A stretch of 64,000 bases of DNA, taken from the NCBI GenBank assembly GCA_008632985.1, contig QPGO01000105.1, forward strand, positions 186,001-250,000, in the 5' to 3' direction. This DNA is from Psammoneis japonica (lineage: Eukaryota). This document shows, piece after piece, positions 48,053 through 62,100 of this stretch. Each line of letters starts with the position of its first letter. The first letter of the stretch is position 1. The notes beneath the pieces were generated by a model. The model did no database searches and was not told the DNA's origin. It was given only the letters and a program-made list of their open reading frames with translations. A program made the position numbers and the translations under genes.

Positions 48053-48468
48053 CGTGTTGGTAGCTAGAAGTACTAGTGAAATCGACGAGAGCGAATGATA
48101 TGGGCAGCGTGTCTCGTGCTATCGCTTTAGGAGATGTCTCTCTGCTATCGTATTCCATCATGATTCTTACATGGAAGTTATGTTAGTTTGTACATGGTGT
48201 GATTAGAGTTGACCGCCCTGGTGAAGAACCTCACATCGTGCGTTGTGCATCGTGCTGCGGCGTTTTCGGCTATTTTTTTCGATTTTTCATTGTTTATATA
48301 CATTATTAAATAGAAATAATTATAATTATACTTTACAATTAACGAAGGACAAGCATCACACCGATCCAGCGATTGAACTGAAGATCCTTTTACTGTATGG
48401 CAAATTCTCACATTTTCACCGGAAGTTGAAGGGTGGATCAGCAAGAACTTCAGGTTGAAAGGGAGACA

Positions 48469-49230
48469 ATGAAGATTGCTAATCTTTTTCCGATTCTTGT
48501 CGCCGCTGTCATCCCGTCGGCCGTTGTTGCGGTCGAGCCGACAAGTTCAAGCAGTGGGGTTCAAGTTTATGAGAACTTCTTCTCAAACGATGACATTGAG
48601 ACGATTTACAAGAATCAGAAATCGTCCTCGAAGACTGCGTCTTGGGAGATGCAGTACCGATCGTCTCATTGTGGTGCTACTTTCCTATCAAAGGAGCACA
48701 TCAAGAATCTGAATCAAGTTGTCAATGGTGCTACCACCAAGAACGAAGACCACGACGCGCAGTACGTCATTATGAAAACCATGACCGAGACAACCCCGGC
48801 GCATGTCGACGGTGCCATGAAGGCGGATGGCTCATGTGGGCCCAGTAACGACGACGTTGCCTTTATCTTCTTGAATACCAACCCTGACGCAAATTTTGTT
48901 ATTGAAGGAATGGAAGAACCCATCCCTGTCAAGGAGGGCAGTCTTGTTACGTTTCCTGGCACCAAGTTCCGTCATAACATGGTTGTGAAGAGCGGCTCGG
49001 TGAAGATCGCTGGTCCGTTTACGAAAGCATATCCTCATCGTCTGGCTGGAATGCAACAAACAGGCGGTAATATTATCCGGTGGTTCATTTCGACGCTCAA
49101 GCAATGCTTCGGTAAGGGGAAGGACCCCTTGAGAAACCGCCAGTTGCTGGCTGAGCATTGGCTCCGCGGTGGACTAAACGAAAAAGTCGACGTTACCGAG
49201 AAGGACAATAGCGTCGCCTTGGAAGAATGA
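48469..49230 (+). CDS. Secreted protein, possible 2OG-Fe(II)/cupin-fold oxygenase
   Basis: Signal peptide; HVD...FIFLN...PVKEGSLVTFPG..RH spacing. Confidence 0.55.
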   Translation: MKIANLFPILVAAVIPSAVVAVEPTSSSSGVQVYENFFSNDDIETIYKNQKSSSKTASWEMQYRSSHCGATFLSKEHIKNLNQVVNGATTKNEDHDAQYVIMKTMTETTPAHVDGAMKADGSCGPSNDDVAFIFLNTNPDANFVIEGMEEPIPVKEGSLVTFPGTKFRHNMVVKSGSVKIAGPFTKAYPHRLAGMQQTGGNIIRWFISTLKQCFGKGKDPLRNRQLLAEHWLRGGLNEKVDVTEKDNSVALEE

Positions 49231-51544
49231 ACATAGCTCAGAGTTTCTTTTGAGCTTGAAGATGGAGTTAACACCCTTTTTGTGTAGCTCTCTAGACTTT
49301 AGTAGGAAAATGATTGTACGTATTGCAATGCATGCAGCGCTCTGATTTACATTTTTGCAATGTGCTTTGGGCGCGTTAAGTCTCAGTAAGCTGCCTGACG
49401 TCGCCGATGCTTGCCGGTTACAAAAAGCTCAGAAAATGCAGAGCTGGGAGTGTGTCACTCTGACCCTTCTGTCATGATGCCATTTCTCTCCTTGCCAATG
49501 ACAAAACCAAGCGACACTTTTAGACCCTGTTGTTCCCTTTGAGAAGAAATGCAGCAGGAGCATTCTGAGTGCTTGCTTGACTTTTGTGTGTGTGTGCTGA
49601 AGATGTGATGATGCCTCTCTTGATTTTTTGGAATGAAATTGTCAACTCCTTTTGTGTGCACTGTACTTGGCTTCATCCATCATTGCAGATGATGTCAAAT
49701 GTCAATTGGAGCACTCTGGAGTTGAGATCTCATTCAAGGATTTGTGCTCTTCCATGATTCTGGCAAAGCCACCAAGCCCCTTCTTGTCTCATCAGAAAAT
49801 GCAGTGTGTTGTCAGCTGCTGCAGAGAGTGCAACAATTGCAGCAGGATCCAAGTTCCTTCCTGGCAGAAATCCTTTTGATGGCAGAAGTGCATTTTGCCT
49901 CAAAAGTTGGCCCAGTTGGAGCAGCTCTCTTTGGTTTTTTGTTCAAACAGTCTGCTTGCACCTGTGTTTGATGCACATCATTTTTCATCCAAGCTTTCTT
50001 CCCAAGTCAATTGCCATTTCCAGCAGTGGAGTCATTGCAGCTGAGTTTGCCAAGATCTTTCAAAATTTGGGCACAAAATGGCAAATCTCCACAAAGAGCT
50101 CTGTGACTTGGCTCCACAAAGTGCAGCTGATGAGAAGATCTTCTTGACGGGAGCACACAATGCCAATGTTGCACTTTTGTTTTCAATGAATTGCTTTTGC
50201 AAGCTTGTGAAGTTGAGTTGCTCAAACCTTTGCTCTGTTGAAGTGTGGCCTCATGTCAAACAAAAAAAGGTGATTGTTTGCCCTCACAGTTGTTTGTCCT
50301 TGAGAAATTGGCAGCGGTCAGGTGTGCCAGGCACTCACACATTTGCAGGGGTGGCACATGTGAGCCAATTTGTTTGGCATGGAGCTTGTTTTTGAGCATT
50401 GTCTCAGCAGCAACTTGTCATGAAATGCACACCAAGTGGCTGTCATTGGCGGTGCCAGACCAGGCAGATGTGCCAAGAGAGCAGCAAACAGCTGCCAGAA
50501 AAGCTGCCACAGCCAGGAAGCAGGCATCTTGAGCAAAGTTGTTTCCTTGCTTGCAGTGTCTGAAAATGAATTGTGAGCTGTGAGTGATCTCTGTGAGCAG
50601 AAAACCAGATTTCATCACATTCATGCCAAAGCACAGTGCCATGAGACCACAGACCAGCTTGGGCCAGGCTGAGTTTGAAAACTGAGAAGCTCAGGATGTG
50701 CTTGCATTGAGAAGCTCAAGTGCAACCTTCAAAGGTGAGGTGATGTTGAGAGCAGTTGTCATGAAGAAAAAGTGGCTGGTTTTTGTGTTTTGGGGGGCAT
50801 GGGCAGACTTGGTTGCTTTGCAAACAAGGCCTCATTCAGCACCTTCCCCCTGCTCTCTGCCCCAATGACAACAAGTGACCACAAAATGCTCTGCTGACAA
50901 ATGAAATGTGCCACTCCCAGAAACAAATCACACCATTGACCCTGCAAAGCTGAGAACCACCATGACTCCGGACAAGGGTTTGCAAGTGCCACAAATGAGC
51001 AGAAGGTCTCTTGGAAGGAGCAAACGTCATCTTCTTCTTTGTGAGCATGAGTGTCTTTGAGTGAGATGACTTTGGCAAAAGCACAATTTTTTCCATGAAT
51101 TTTTTAGGTCATGAGTGAGTTGTGGTTTGAGCTGGCATCTTAGAAGTGCTTTCAATGGGACAACAACCAAAGCACCAGCAATGACAGCACAGATGAGATT
51201 CATTTTCTGTTGCCTGGCACAAGAAACTTGGACTCCTGTCCCAGCACAAAGACTCAGCATTGTTTCTGTGCACACAACTTCCTTGATGATCTGTCCCATT
51301 GCAACACCTGGGACAAAAGTGACAGGAGGGCAGAACCATCTGGGCAAAGATTCAGTTCTGCAGAAGTTTGTGCCAGCTTTTTGTGCAAGGCAAATGCACA
51401 TTGTGGAGAGTTGGAAATCTGACAGACAACAATGACAACATCAGAGCAACACATGTGCATGCATGCCACGTGCCAATCCAGTCATTGAAAACTCCAAAAC
51501 AAAAGATCTTTCTTGCAGTTCTCATGATTTCTCCACGAGAAGCA

Positions 51545-52320
51545 CAGTTGAAAAAAGACAATGAAGATTGCCAATCTTGTTCTCATTCTTGTCACCACTG
51601 GACCTTCTCAAACAATGAGAAAACATTGTGGTGCTGTTCTCCTGTCAAAAGAGCAGCACATTGAGAACCTGAATCATGTTGCCAATGGCGCTGCCACCAG
51701 CCAAGGACTGTGATGACCACAATGCACTGCGCATCATTGTGAGGACCATGACCAAGATGACCCTGGCACATGTTGATGGTGCCATGAAGGCAGACAACTC
51801 ATGTGGGCCTGGCAATGACAATGTTGCCTTTGACTCCTTGAGTGCTGGTGACCCTGATGGCGTGCAAATTGTGTTGTTGAAAAGGAGTGGAAGAACCAAT
51901 CCCTGTCAAGAAGGGCAGTCTTGTTGCACTTCCTGGCACCAAGTTCCACCATCACATGGTTGTGAACAGTGGCTCAGTGAAGATCACTGGCCCCTTGGTT
52001 TGCAAAAGCATGTGCTCATCATCTGGCTAAAACCACTGACACAGGAGGTGGCAATTTTTTTGTTGGCTTGTTTTCAACATCAGAAAGTGCCAGCTGCTGC
52101 TGGCATGGCTTTGGCTCTGCAGCAGACTGAGCAAAAAGGTCAATGTTGCCAAGAAGGACAATGCCATCACCTTGGAAGAGTGAGTGCAGCTCAGAGCATC
52201 CATTGCAAACAGCCTGAAGATGGAGGCAACATTTTTGTTGAGTGGCTCCTGCAAACATTGGCAGGAAACTGATTGCAAGGTGTGTTGCAAAGCAGCAATC
52301 TGATTTGCACTGCAATGTTT
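51545..52320 (+). pseudogene. Hypermutated duplicate of the 48469-49230 gene
   Basis: gacaatgaagattgccaatctt, catgttgatggtgccatgaaggc and ccctgtcaagaagggcagtcttgtt are collinear with the intact gene. Confidence 0.92.
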
Positions 52321-55300
52321 TTTGCTCACGCCAAGTTGCAGCAAATTGTGCAACACAGCTGGTGGTTGCTGGTTGCATGAAAAAGCTGAGAATTGTGCAC
52401 TGTTGGGGCAAACCCTGCACCAGGATCATCGCAAACAGCTGCAGCATGACCACACAAACCTTGTTTCCCACTCATGTCCAGGCATCTTTCTTTCATCTGT
52501 TTCCATTCCAACATGAAAACCAATGAGAGACATTGTTTGGTTTTGCCATTGATGGAAAGGAGAAAAGTCAAATGGCATTGAACAGGCTTCCACATGTGTT
52601 TCATGACAGAATGACTGGGGTCACAGATCTCCCAGCTGCACTTCATGGTGTCAAAAAAACATGACAGCAGTTGCCAAACTCACAGGAACACATTCATTCA
52701 TCTGGCAGAAAGTTGACAAATGTTGACGAACAGCAACAAATCCTCCAACTCATTTTGGCCTGAGAACAAGATCAACAGATGGAGAAAAAGCACAGTGCTT
52801 GTGTGGCCAATGGCAAACCAGCAACAACAAGTGCCATGAAAGAACTGCAACAAGAGTTGATGGCCCAGCACCCTGACAATCAGATGCCACAATGCAGAGG
52901 GACAGCACGTGTGCATGCAACTGTGGCTCATTAATTTTTTGACACTTCAACCCCCTCTCATTCAAAATGGGAGGGTTGTTGGTGCTCAATCAACATGCTG
53001 CCATTGCAGCCCCATTTTTGTTTTGCTGTTGAGCACTGCAGGGCTGTGCAAACCTCTTGACACCCATTCTCTGCACCTTTGTGCTTGCTGTGCTTTTTGT
53101 GTGTGTTTGATGTGGCACTCCTTAACTCCAACATGTTCTGGATGATGTTGCACACTTGACAAACAACACAAGGTGTGCTGCTGCAAAATGATTGTGGCAT
53201 GCACACATCAAACTTGAAAAAGCCCTTTTCACATGTGACAGATGTGCTCTTGTTTGGCAAAACTGGCAATGAGCATGAGAAGCTCTCTGATGACAGGTCA
53301 CACAAAATCATGCCATGTGTGCTTTGGTCAAATGTGCTCCAAATCATGTGATGAGGTTCGTGGCTGCTGATGGCCAGGTGTCATGTGGGTTGTTTTTGCA
53401 AAAGCTTGACAGACACCCAGCTCTTGCCAACTTCTCATTTGATCAAGAACAAGCAAACACTTTGACCATTGCTTTGTGTTTGTGCATGTCACACATGTTG
53501 TGGTCACAGCATGAGGGCACACAGTTAGTTGTGTTGAAGAGAGTGCTTTTTCGTCTCCACCTTCTCTCCCCAAAAACACTCTTTTGGGCCACATCAAAGC
53601 TTCAGATGTGAAATGTGTGCCACTGATGTCTCCAACACCTGTTTCAGCAATGTGCTGGTTGCAAAAATCTCACTCACAAAATGCTTGACACAAAGCTTAC
53701 AATGCACTGGTGCTTGACATGCAAAGAATGCAAGCCCATGACATGTTTTAGAAAACATGATGAGCTGCACTAGATGCACGCATTTGACCTTGGTCCAGCA
53801 CTCACAAGACATCACAGAGTGCACTGACATTGGTTGCAGCCATCACAGTGCATGGTGCTCAGCTCTGTCATTGTAAGACACATCATGCAAACAGCCAGTC
53901 AAATGCCACCTGCATGATGTTCTTGTGGAAAAAGTCACAGCTTGTCCCCCCCCCCCCCACACACACAAAAAGCTCAACTTTTGTGAAAATCAACAGTGTT
54001 GTCAACCTTGCAACAGGGCACAGCTGACAAGCAGTGGCATTTGAAGCTCCAAATGTGCAGCTTCTCTTGTGCCAGCACAAAGTGGCCCTGACAAGGGCTT
54101 GACAAATGCACAAGAGTTTGGGGGTGCTTTTTGAGGCAGATCAAAATGACGCAACATGCTGGAAATGCAAACAACTGGCTCAGCTTTGACTGCAGCATGC
54201 AGATTCATCCTCAAAGGCCATCACAATTTGACTGCTGGGGCCTTCATGATGGAAGTGGTGGGCAACCAGATGATGACCACCATTGTCTGCTTCAATGTCA
54301 CACACAAGCAGAACAGCACAAAGATGAGCATCTGTGATGGAAAGCTTGCATGTCTGGCAAGTGCTCCACATGCTCATTTTGTGAGGGAGAAATGTCCATG
54401 AGAGATTTTGCTGCAAAAAAGGACACAATCATTGCCCCAACATTGCGGCAGAGATGGGTGTTGTGACCAACTGGCATCATCTCCAATTGTGCCATCAGGG
54501 AGAAATGCAAACAAGAAACTTCAGCTGCCCTGCAGAAAAGAAGAAGCACACACAACCAAGAAATGTAATCTCAGGGGGCAAACTTTGCACTTGCTTTGCA
54601 GCAGAGTGCTGCACGCACCAAACAATTTCATTTGCAGTGCAGGATGTGTAGAGCAGGGTGAACATGACCCAAAGAGTGGCACACTGTCAGTGGTCTCATT
54701 TGCCAAGCTGCAGTGCTCACTGCCACACAAGCAAGTCCAAAGCAACTGGCATTGTTTGGCGCAGAAATGCCATGCTGTTGAATGTTGCTCATCAAGCTGA
54801 GGGTGAAAGCATGTCACATGCATGACAGAAAGCACAGAATCTCCTCCCCTCGTCCAAGTGAACAGCAGCCAAGCAAGAAAACAGCAGGCACAAGGAGCAC
54901 AAAATGCTCCATGAGACAAGTGACCCTCATCAAACAAGAGCAAAAATTGAAGTGCAGGGCTGATGTGACAGCTGTGGTGTGCAATCTGCGGCACCAGGTT
55001 GTGCTCTCCTGTCATCAGAGCAAGACATCTGGTGCTCTGCAGCCCTTTTCATGGGGGGATTGTGTGCAGCGTGCACTGCACTGGCAACTGCTGGCAGATG
55101 CTGGCAATGTTGAGGGGCTCCTCTGCCAATGTGCAACAACACAAGTGCCACTCATGATCTGCAGAAGATGTGCACAAGCTCAGACTCATTCTGCTGTGCA
55201 GGCACATCACAGCACAATTGCTTGCCAGCCACAAGTGAGCTGAGTCACAAGGATTGTGCACAGCCAGCTGCCCCCCACCACAGCCACACCTTTTCTGGCA

Positions 55301-55469
55301 AGCAAAGCCCCCACGCACATGATGCAACCTGTTTTGCAGGAGCAAGGGTTTGCTGAGAACCACAAGAGATGAGCTTCTGGGGCAAAAACCTTCATTTGCA
55401 GATGAAAACACTCACACATGTGTGCACTGTGTGAGTGCACACTGCCTCATGCTGCAGCTGATAAGTTCT

Positions 55470-55470
55470 C

Positions 55471-55503
<33 letters not shown>
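55470..55503 (+). repeat. (CAG)n microsatellite
   Basis: Direct reading. Confidence 0.9.
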
Positions 55504-56033
55504 CGAGCTGACTCGGGGACAGTGCTCTTGCAGTTGTTGGCAACAACAACAAACTTTTTGTTGCACCCCTGCTCAACGTGCCAGTCTCTCCCAATGTTGA
55601 GCATGCCAAAACTGGCAAGAAGCCTTGGAAACTCCCCAAGATCTTTTTTGAAAACTGTGTTTTGAGACAAACCACGATGACAAGAGAGAATGGAGAGCTG
55701 CACAGCAGTGACGAGCCCAGTGCTGGGGGCACACTGGGGTGTTTGCAACACAACACATCACTCAGTTTGCTGTCTTCTCATTTGATCAACAAGCAAATGC
55801 TTCAATCAGCACAGGATGAGAGAGCATTGCGGTCTGCTTGCCTCCCCTCCCCCAAAAACTCATGCCGAGACGAACGTTCGAGACATTTCAAAAATGACTT
55901 ATTGTTACAAAATGAACAATGTTCATCTTTGAACATAATCATTTGATTATGATGTCCCTAACGCCTATTTTGGCGATACGGCCCCCGCCCGGCCTTCCCT
56001 TGTTGAGACAAATCGGGTCAATTCAAAGACCAC

Positions 56034-56035
56034 CA

Positions 56036-56067
<32 letters not shown>
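56034..56067 (+). repeat. (GCAC)n microsatellite upstream of the giant gene
   Basis: Direct reading. Confidence 0.9.
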
Positions 56068-56163
56068 GACCAACAATGCTGCATTCTGCACTTTGCATCC
56101 TGCAACACTGTGCAATACCGGTAAATCGCTCTCTGTTATTATGAAGAACAACAATTGGCAACA

Positions 56164-59100
56164 ATGACAACACCCCCTAAAACAAAACGCCGTCGTTCGA
56201 AAAAGAGAATACACAATTTACTCCTCGCGTTCATCTTGGGAGCCATTGCCTTGCTCCTGTTTACAGACTCTCTTCATAATGTTGCCTTGCAAAAAATGTC
56301 TACGCACTCGGATCATGTTTCGTTTGAACCACCTCCCAAAAAAGAGGCATCCAAGGAACGTATTGTACAACTCTTAAATCAAGTCGGTGTCCAACATGTT
56401 TCTCCAGAAGTACTCGAGAAATTACCAGCATGGTCCTCTGTACGAAAATTATACGGCGACGGACCACGCATTTATGGCTTAGATACACAATGCCGTGCCT
56501 TTCGAGATCATGTTCCGGCCGCCAAACGTCATGTGGTGTGGCGGGGACGTTTAATTCCGGCACAGATTTGCTCGATAAGCTACTCGTGACAATTGTGTGT
56601 TGCATCAAGCCGACGGTCAAGCACGAAAGTTTGGTATCAAGGTCAAGTCCCGTGGGGCAAACACAATCCTCCGCGTGTGGCACGAAACTCGACTGTAATA
56701 AGCAAGGGTGCCGATACCTACTTGACGGTTGTGACCATTCGAGACCCTACTTTTGGATCAAGGGCATGTGCAAAAAACGCTATGCGGCGTCTTGGAAAAA
56801 TAATACATTACGGCCGTGTCCGAATTTACTAGACGAACACAATAACAAACCCAATCAAGTCAAGGTCAGGCACAACAAGACTTGGACGGAACGTTATGAT
56901 TCTCTTGTGCACATGTGGAATGATTGGTATAACGAATATCGGTTGGAAACGAAATTTCCGCGTATTATAGTTCGCATGGAGGATGTGATTTTTCGTCCTA
57001 CCGAAACCCTCCAACAAATTTGTTCCTGTGCCGGTGGGACACTTCGCAAAAACTTTTCATTTCCACTCACAAGTGCCAAGGACTATCAACATGACGAGAA
57101 TTCGACCGATATCAGCGTGACTGGATTTTTGGATGCTCTGATTCAGTACGGCAATGTCACGGCGCGATTGGATGGATTTACAAAGGAGGATTTGGATTTT
57201 GCCAAGTCCAATCTCGATGCAACGTTACTGCATGAATTTGCCTATGGCAAAAACAAGCCCTTGAAGCAAAAATTGCCCGACCCCGAAAAGGGACGCTTGC
57301 CGAGTTGCTGGATTATTTCTCTAAAGATGGCTTGACCCTTGCGGAATTGCCAACGTGGACCAACATTACGTCTCGTTATGGACACGGACCCGTATGGAAT
57401 GGCAATCGACATTGCCAGTCGTTTCGAAAAGAGGGACAGCAGCACATTGCCGTGGTGGGTCTCAATCACAGTGGAGTGAATCGGTTGCAATCGTTGCTTG
57501 TTCAGAATTGTAAAGTCGACTCGGAAATAATAGTGGTGGGCGAACCCAATCAAGAATTATCTGCCTTGCCAATTGTCACGATTCGAGATCCGTACGTGTG
57601 GATCGAGGCCCAGAACAAGCAGGGTTCTGATTCGTCCTTGTTGTCAAATACTTGGAATCAACATGTGGAAGACTACTTGAAACAAACGAGCCTCGTTGTT
57701 CGCATGGAGGATGTCTTGTTTTATTCTGCCGAGACGATTCGAAATCTTTGCGAGTGCATGGAGGCAACATGACCGAGCCGTTTCAGTACGCTACTGGGGT
57801 TGATCAAGATGTATTTTCCTATGGTGCAAAACATTTGTGGGATGGTTCTGCGCAAGAGGAGATTCGTTCAATCTTTTCAAAACTCAACAAGGAGACAGTA
57901 ACCAAGTTTCGATACGACAGGGTCTTGCGCAACGACGAAATTGGTGTAGAGGAACCACGTGGTGATGATGGCGACAGCGAAAAAGAACCAATCAACAATG
58001 CAAAAGAATCAACTCCTATTAAGCAGCCACCAAATTCAACAAAATCGCTCAAAGAACTTTCACGATGGTTCCCCGACAAGAAACGTTTGCTAGATATCCT
58101 GAAGGACTCGGGCATGACGGAATTGGACATTGCGACAACCGCCAAGCTTCCCACTTGGTCTCAAGTAGCTGCGCTCTATGGAGACGAGCCTCGTTTCTAT
58201 GGATTGGATCAGTGCGAGGTGTTTCGAAACAAGATTGAACGTGAAAAGCGCCACTTGTCCATTGCGGGGACCTTCAATTCGGGCACCAACCTGTTGTTTT
58301 CCTTGCTCGAAGTGAATTGTGAGGCACCCCGGAACATGATTGATTTTCAAGTACCGTGGGGAAAGCACAATCCAGCTACCAATGAAACGAGGCTGCATCT
58401 TCGATCCGCCACCAAGGGTGATGTTTACTCTCATGTCGACGACATCTTTCCGGTTGTTACGATTCGGGATCCGTATTTTTGGATGAAGAGCATGTGCAGC
58501 AAACCGTATGCGGTTCGTTGGCCTCACAGAAACGGCCATTGTCCCAATCTCATTCCTACACCGCTGGAACTCGAGCATAATACGCAATTTCAAAAGGACA
58601 AGCCGATACCGATTGGTGTGTGGTACAATAAAACATGGGTCGTTCACCACGATTCGTTGGCGCACATGTGGAGTGACTGGAACGACTTGTACAAGAGTCA
58701 AGCGACTTTTCCGCGTGTCATGGTTCGAATGGAGGACGTTATCTTTCACGCACCAAAGACTATCGAAACGATCTGTAGCTGCGTAGGCGGAACGATGAGA
58801 ACGGGACGCGGAACCCACAAGCAATTCAGATATGCCGTGAACTCTGCAAAGCCTAGTCATTTTAGGAATGAATATTCCAAAGGTACGGGATTGCTAGACG
58901 CCATGATTCGGTACGGAAACGCTACGCTTCGGTTGGATGGCTACACACCGGAGGACCGTGCGTTGGCTAACAATACGTTGCTTCCGGACTTGATGAAGAC
59001 GTTTGGATATCGGCAAGATCTGGGTCCGGAATCGACTAACCTCGAGACGAGTAGACCCACCCCCGTCGAAACGCCTCGTACTAATCTCGATAGCAAACCA

Positions 59101-62100
59101 AGGAAAACCGTCAAGGAGCTAGTGTCAATGTATCCTGACAAGAAACGTTTGATTGACATTTTGGAAAGTGCAGGACTGTCTGACGCTATTGACGAAGATA
59201 TTGTCCAACAGCTTCCAACGTGGTCTATGGTAACTGAAATGTATGGCAGTCGGCCCCGCATCATTGGTTTAGATCAGTGTGCGGCATTCCGGGAAAAGAT
59301 TGAACCTGAGTACCGGCACCTTGGCGTTGCTGGTACCTTTAACACAGGGACCAACATGTTTTATCAGCTGTTGCAGGCCAACTGTGAAACATCGGAAACG
59401 AGCAAAGATCACGGTATATTTTGGCAAGTGCCCTGGGGTAAGCATAACCCGCCAGTGAATGAAACCTTTCGATGGAAACAGAGATCAAAAGCAACACAGC
59501 ATTTCAAGAACACCGCTCTGTGGTTTACCGCAACAACGGTTCGTAATCCCTACTTCTGGATGAAAAGCATGTGTAAAAAGAATTATGGAATAAGATGGCC
59601 ACACGCCGATGCTCATTGCCCCAACCTCATTGCCGATCAACGCGATAAAGCCGTCAGTAAAGATCTGGAGATGCAGAAGCCAGTTCCTGTGAAGATACAC
59701 TACCAAAAGGACTGGATAGTGCCGTACGAATCGCTGGTGCACGTATGGAATGATTTTCACGCATTGTATCTCAAGGACAAGAGCTTTCCACACATCATGG
59801 TGCGCATGGAGGATTTGATTTTCCATGCCAAGGCAACCATTGCAGTTGTCTGTTCCTGTGTGGGCGGTAGAATAAAAGACCCAAAGAATTTTCAGTATCC
59901 CGTCGAAAGTGCCAAAGCTGATCACTTCAAGAACGGCACCGTTGGTCATGGTCTTTTGCATGCCATGATTCACGCTGGTAATGCGACGTACCAACGCGAA
60001 GGTTTCTCTTCAGACGATCTCAGTTACACCCAGTCAGTTTTGGATCCGGATTTGATGGAAGAATTTGGGTATGGCATTGTACACGAAGAGCGCAAGCCTG
60101 CCCCTGAAACTGCACTTGATTCGGAGCCTGACGACGAGAAAGTTGTCGTCAAGGGACCTACCAATCTCACAATAGAGCTAGCGTCGCTGTATCCCGAAAA
60201 GAGACGTCTCATTGAGATATTAGAGGATGCAGGATTGGCTCACGAGGTAGACAAGGACGTGGTCCAGCAACTTCCAACAGCGTCCGATGTATCCGCGATG
60301 TATGGAGTTCGGCCCCGGATTTTGGGCTTGGAACACTGCGAGGCCTTTCGCAAAACAGTACCCATGGACAGCCGTCGTCTTGGCATTGCGGGAACCTTCA
60401 ACACGGGTACCAATTTGCTCTACAACCTTTTGGAAGCGAATTGCGAAGTGACGCGAGCACGTAAGGATCGCGGAATCATGTGGCAAGTGCCCTGGGGAAA
60501 GCACAACCCGCCCATGAATGAAACCTTCCGGTGGGAATTCAAAACAAAAGGAACGGAGCGTTTCAAAAATCTTACTGAATGGTTACCGGCCGTGACGGTG
60601 CGGGATCCGTACTTTTGGATGAAGAGCATGTGTCGAAAGCCGTACAATGTTCTATGGGAAGCGTCCAAGGATCGTTGCCCGAACCTGGTTGATACTAATA
60701 CCAGCAATTCCATTCCTGTCCAGGTTCATTACCTCAAGAATTGGGTCGTCGAGCACGAGTCCCTTGCCCACTTTTGGGATGACTTCTACTCCCTATATGC
60801 GAATAATCAGAGCTATCCACACATTTTGGTACGTATGGAGGATTTGATTTATCGCGCTCCAGAAACCGTTGACATCATGTGCGACTGCATCGGAGGCAAG
60901 CTGAAGGGCGATTTCCGCTATGCGACCGAAAGCGCCAAGGCGAACCACTTCAAGAACGGAGCTGTTGGCACTGGATTCTTGAAGGCATTGCTTCAGTACG
61001 GAAATGCGACTCTTCGGAGAGAAGGTTATTGGCCTGAGGATCTCGCGTTTGCCAACAAGGTGTTGCAGCCAGAATTGATGCAGAAGCTTGGATATTCCAT
61101 TTTAAAAGAGGACGTGGAGAACGCTTCTTCTGAGGCTACCGAGAAGAAAGCAGTAAAGAGGCATCTCACTGTTGAGAACAAGACGAATGTTGTTGTCAAG
61201 GGCCCTACGAATCTCACGAAAGAGCTAGCGGCGTTGTATCCGGAAAAGAGACGTCTCATTGGGATATTAGAGGATGCAGGATTGGCTCTCGAGGTGGATA
61301 AAGACGTGGTCCAACAACTTCCAACGGCGTCCGAGGTGTCCGCAATGTACGGAGACAAACCTCAAGTTTTGGGCTTGGAGTACTGCAAGGCCTTTCGCGA
61401 AACCGTACCCGTGGACAGCCGTCGACTTGGCGTTGCCGGTACCTTCAACACGGGTACCAATTTGCTGTACAACCTTTTGGAAGTGAATTGCGAAGTGACG
61501 CAAGTACGTAGGGACCGAGGAATCATGTGGCAAGTGCCGTGGGGAAAGCACAACCCGCCCATGAATGAAACGTTTCGTTGGGAATACAAAACAAGAGGCA
61601 CGGAGAATTTGAAGAACATTACGGAATGGTTACCGGCCGTGACGGTGCGGGATCCGTACTTTTGGATGAAGAGCATGTGTCGAAAGCCGTACAGTGTTTC
61701 ATGGCATAAGTCCAAGGATCGTTGTCCGAACTTGCTTGATACTAGCATCAGCAACAAGTCCATCCCTGTCGATGTAAAATACAACAAGAATTGGGTTGTC
61801 AACATGAGTCCCTTGCCCACTTCTGGGATGATTTCTACTCCCTATATGTGAATGATCAAAGCTTTCCACACATTTTGGTACGTATGGAGGATTTGATTTA
61901 TCACGCTCCAGAAACCATTGATATCATGTGCGACTGCGTCGGAGGCAAGAAGAAGGGAGATTTCAAGTATGCGGTCGAAAGTGCCAAGGCGGATCACTTC
62001 GAGAAAGGAGCTGTCGGCACTGGATTCATGAAGGCCATGCTTGAGTACGGAAATGCGACGCGTCAAAGGAAGGTTACTGGCCTGACGATCTCGCGTTTGC

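Larger units (their letters stand above)
49330..55900. other. Large block depleted of both TpA and CpG
   Basis: TA and CG are rare over ~6.5 kb, TG/CA dominate, with an abrupt return to normal composition near 55900. Confidence 0.9.

Noticed and set aside
52600..55900. Specific transposase or gene identity for the right half of the large mutated block
   Set aside because: No motif could be recognised with confidence by eye; it needs back-mutation and a translated search.
49455..55946. Dozens of overlapping Cys/His/Gln-rich ORFs here and in 287-5933 as novel metal-binding proteins
   Set aside because: Expected by-product of TpA loss, which removes TAA/TAG and Tyr codons; they occur in all six frames with no coherent motifs.
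28930..62075. Frameshifts at ~28940, ~35440, ~38120, ~56540, ~61803 and ~62070 as programmed frameshifting or pseudogenisation
   Set aside because: Each is a 1-nt change in a homopolymer run (e.g. gtcaacatgag vs gtcaaacatgag in the sister unit), typical of long-read assembly error.
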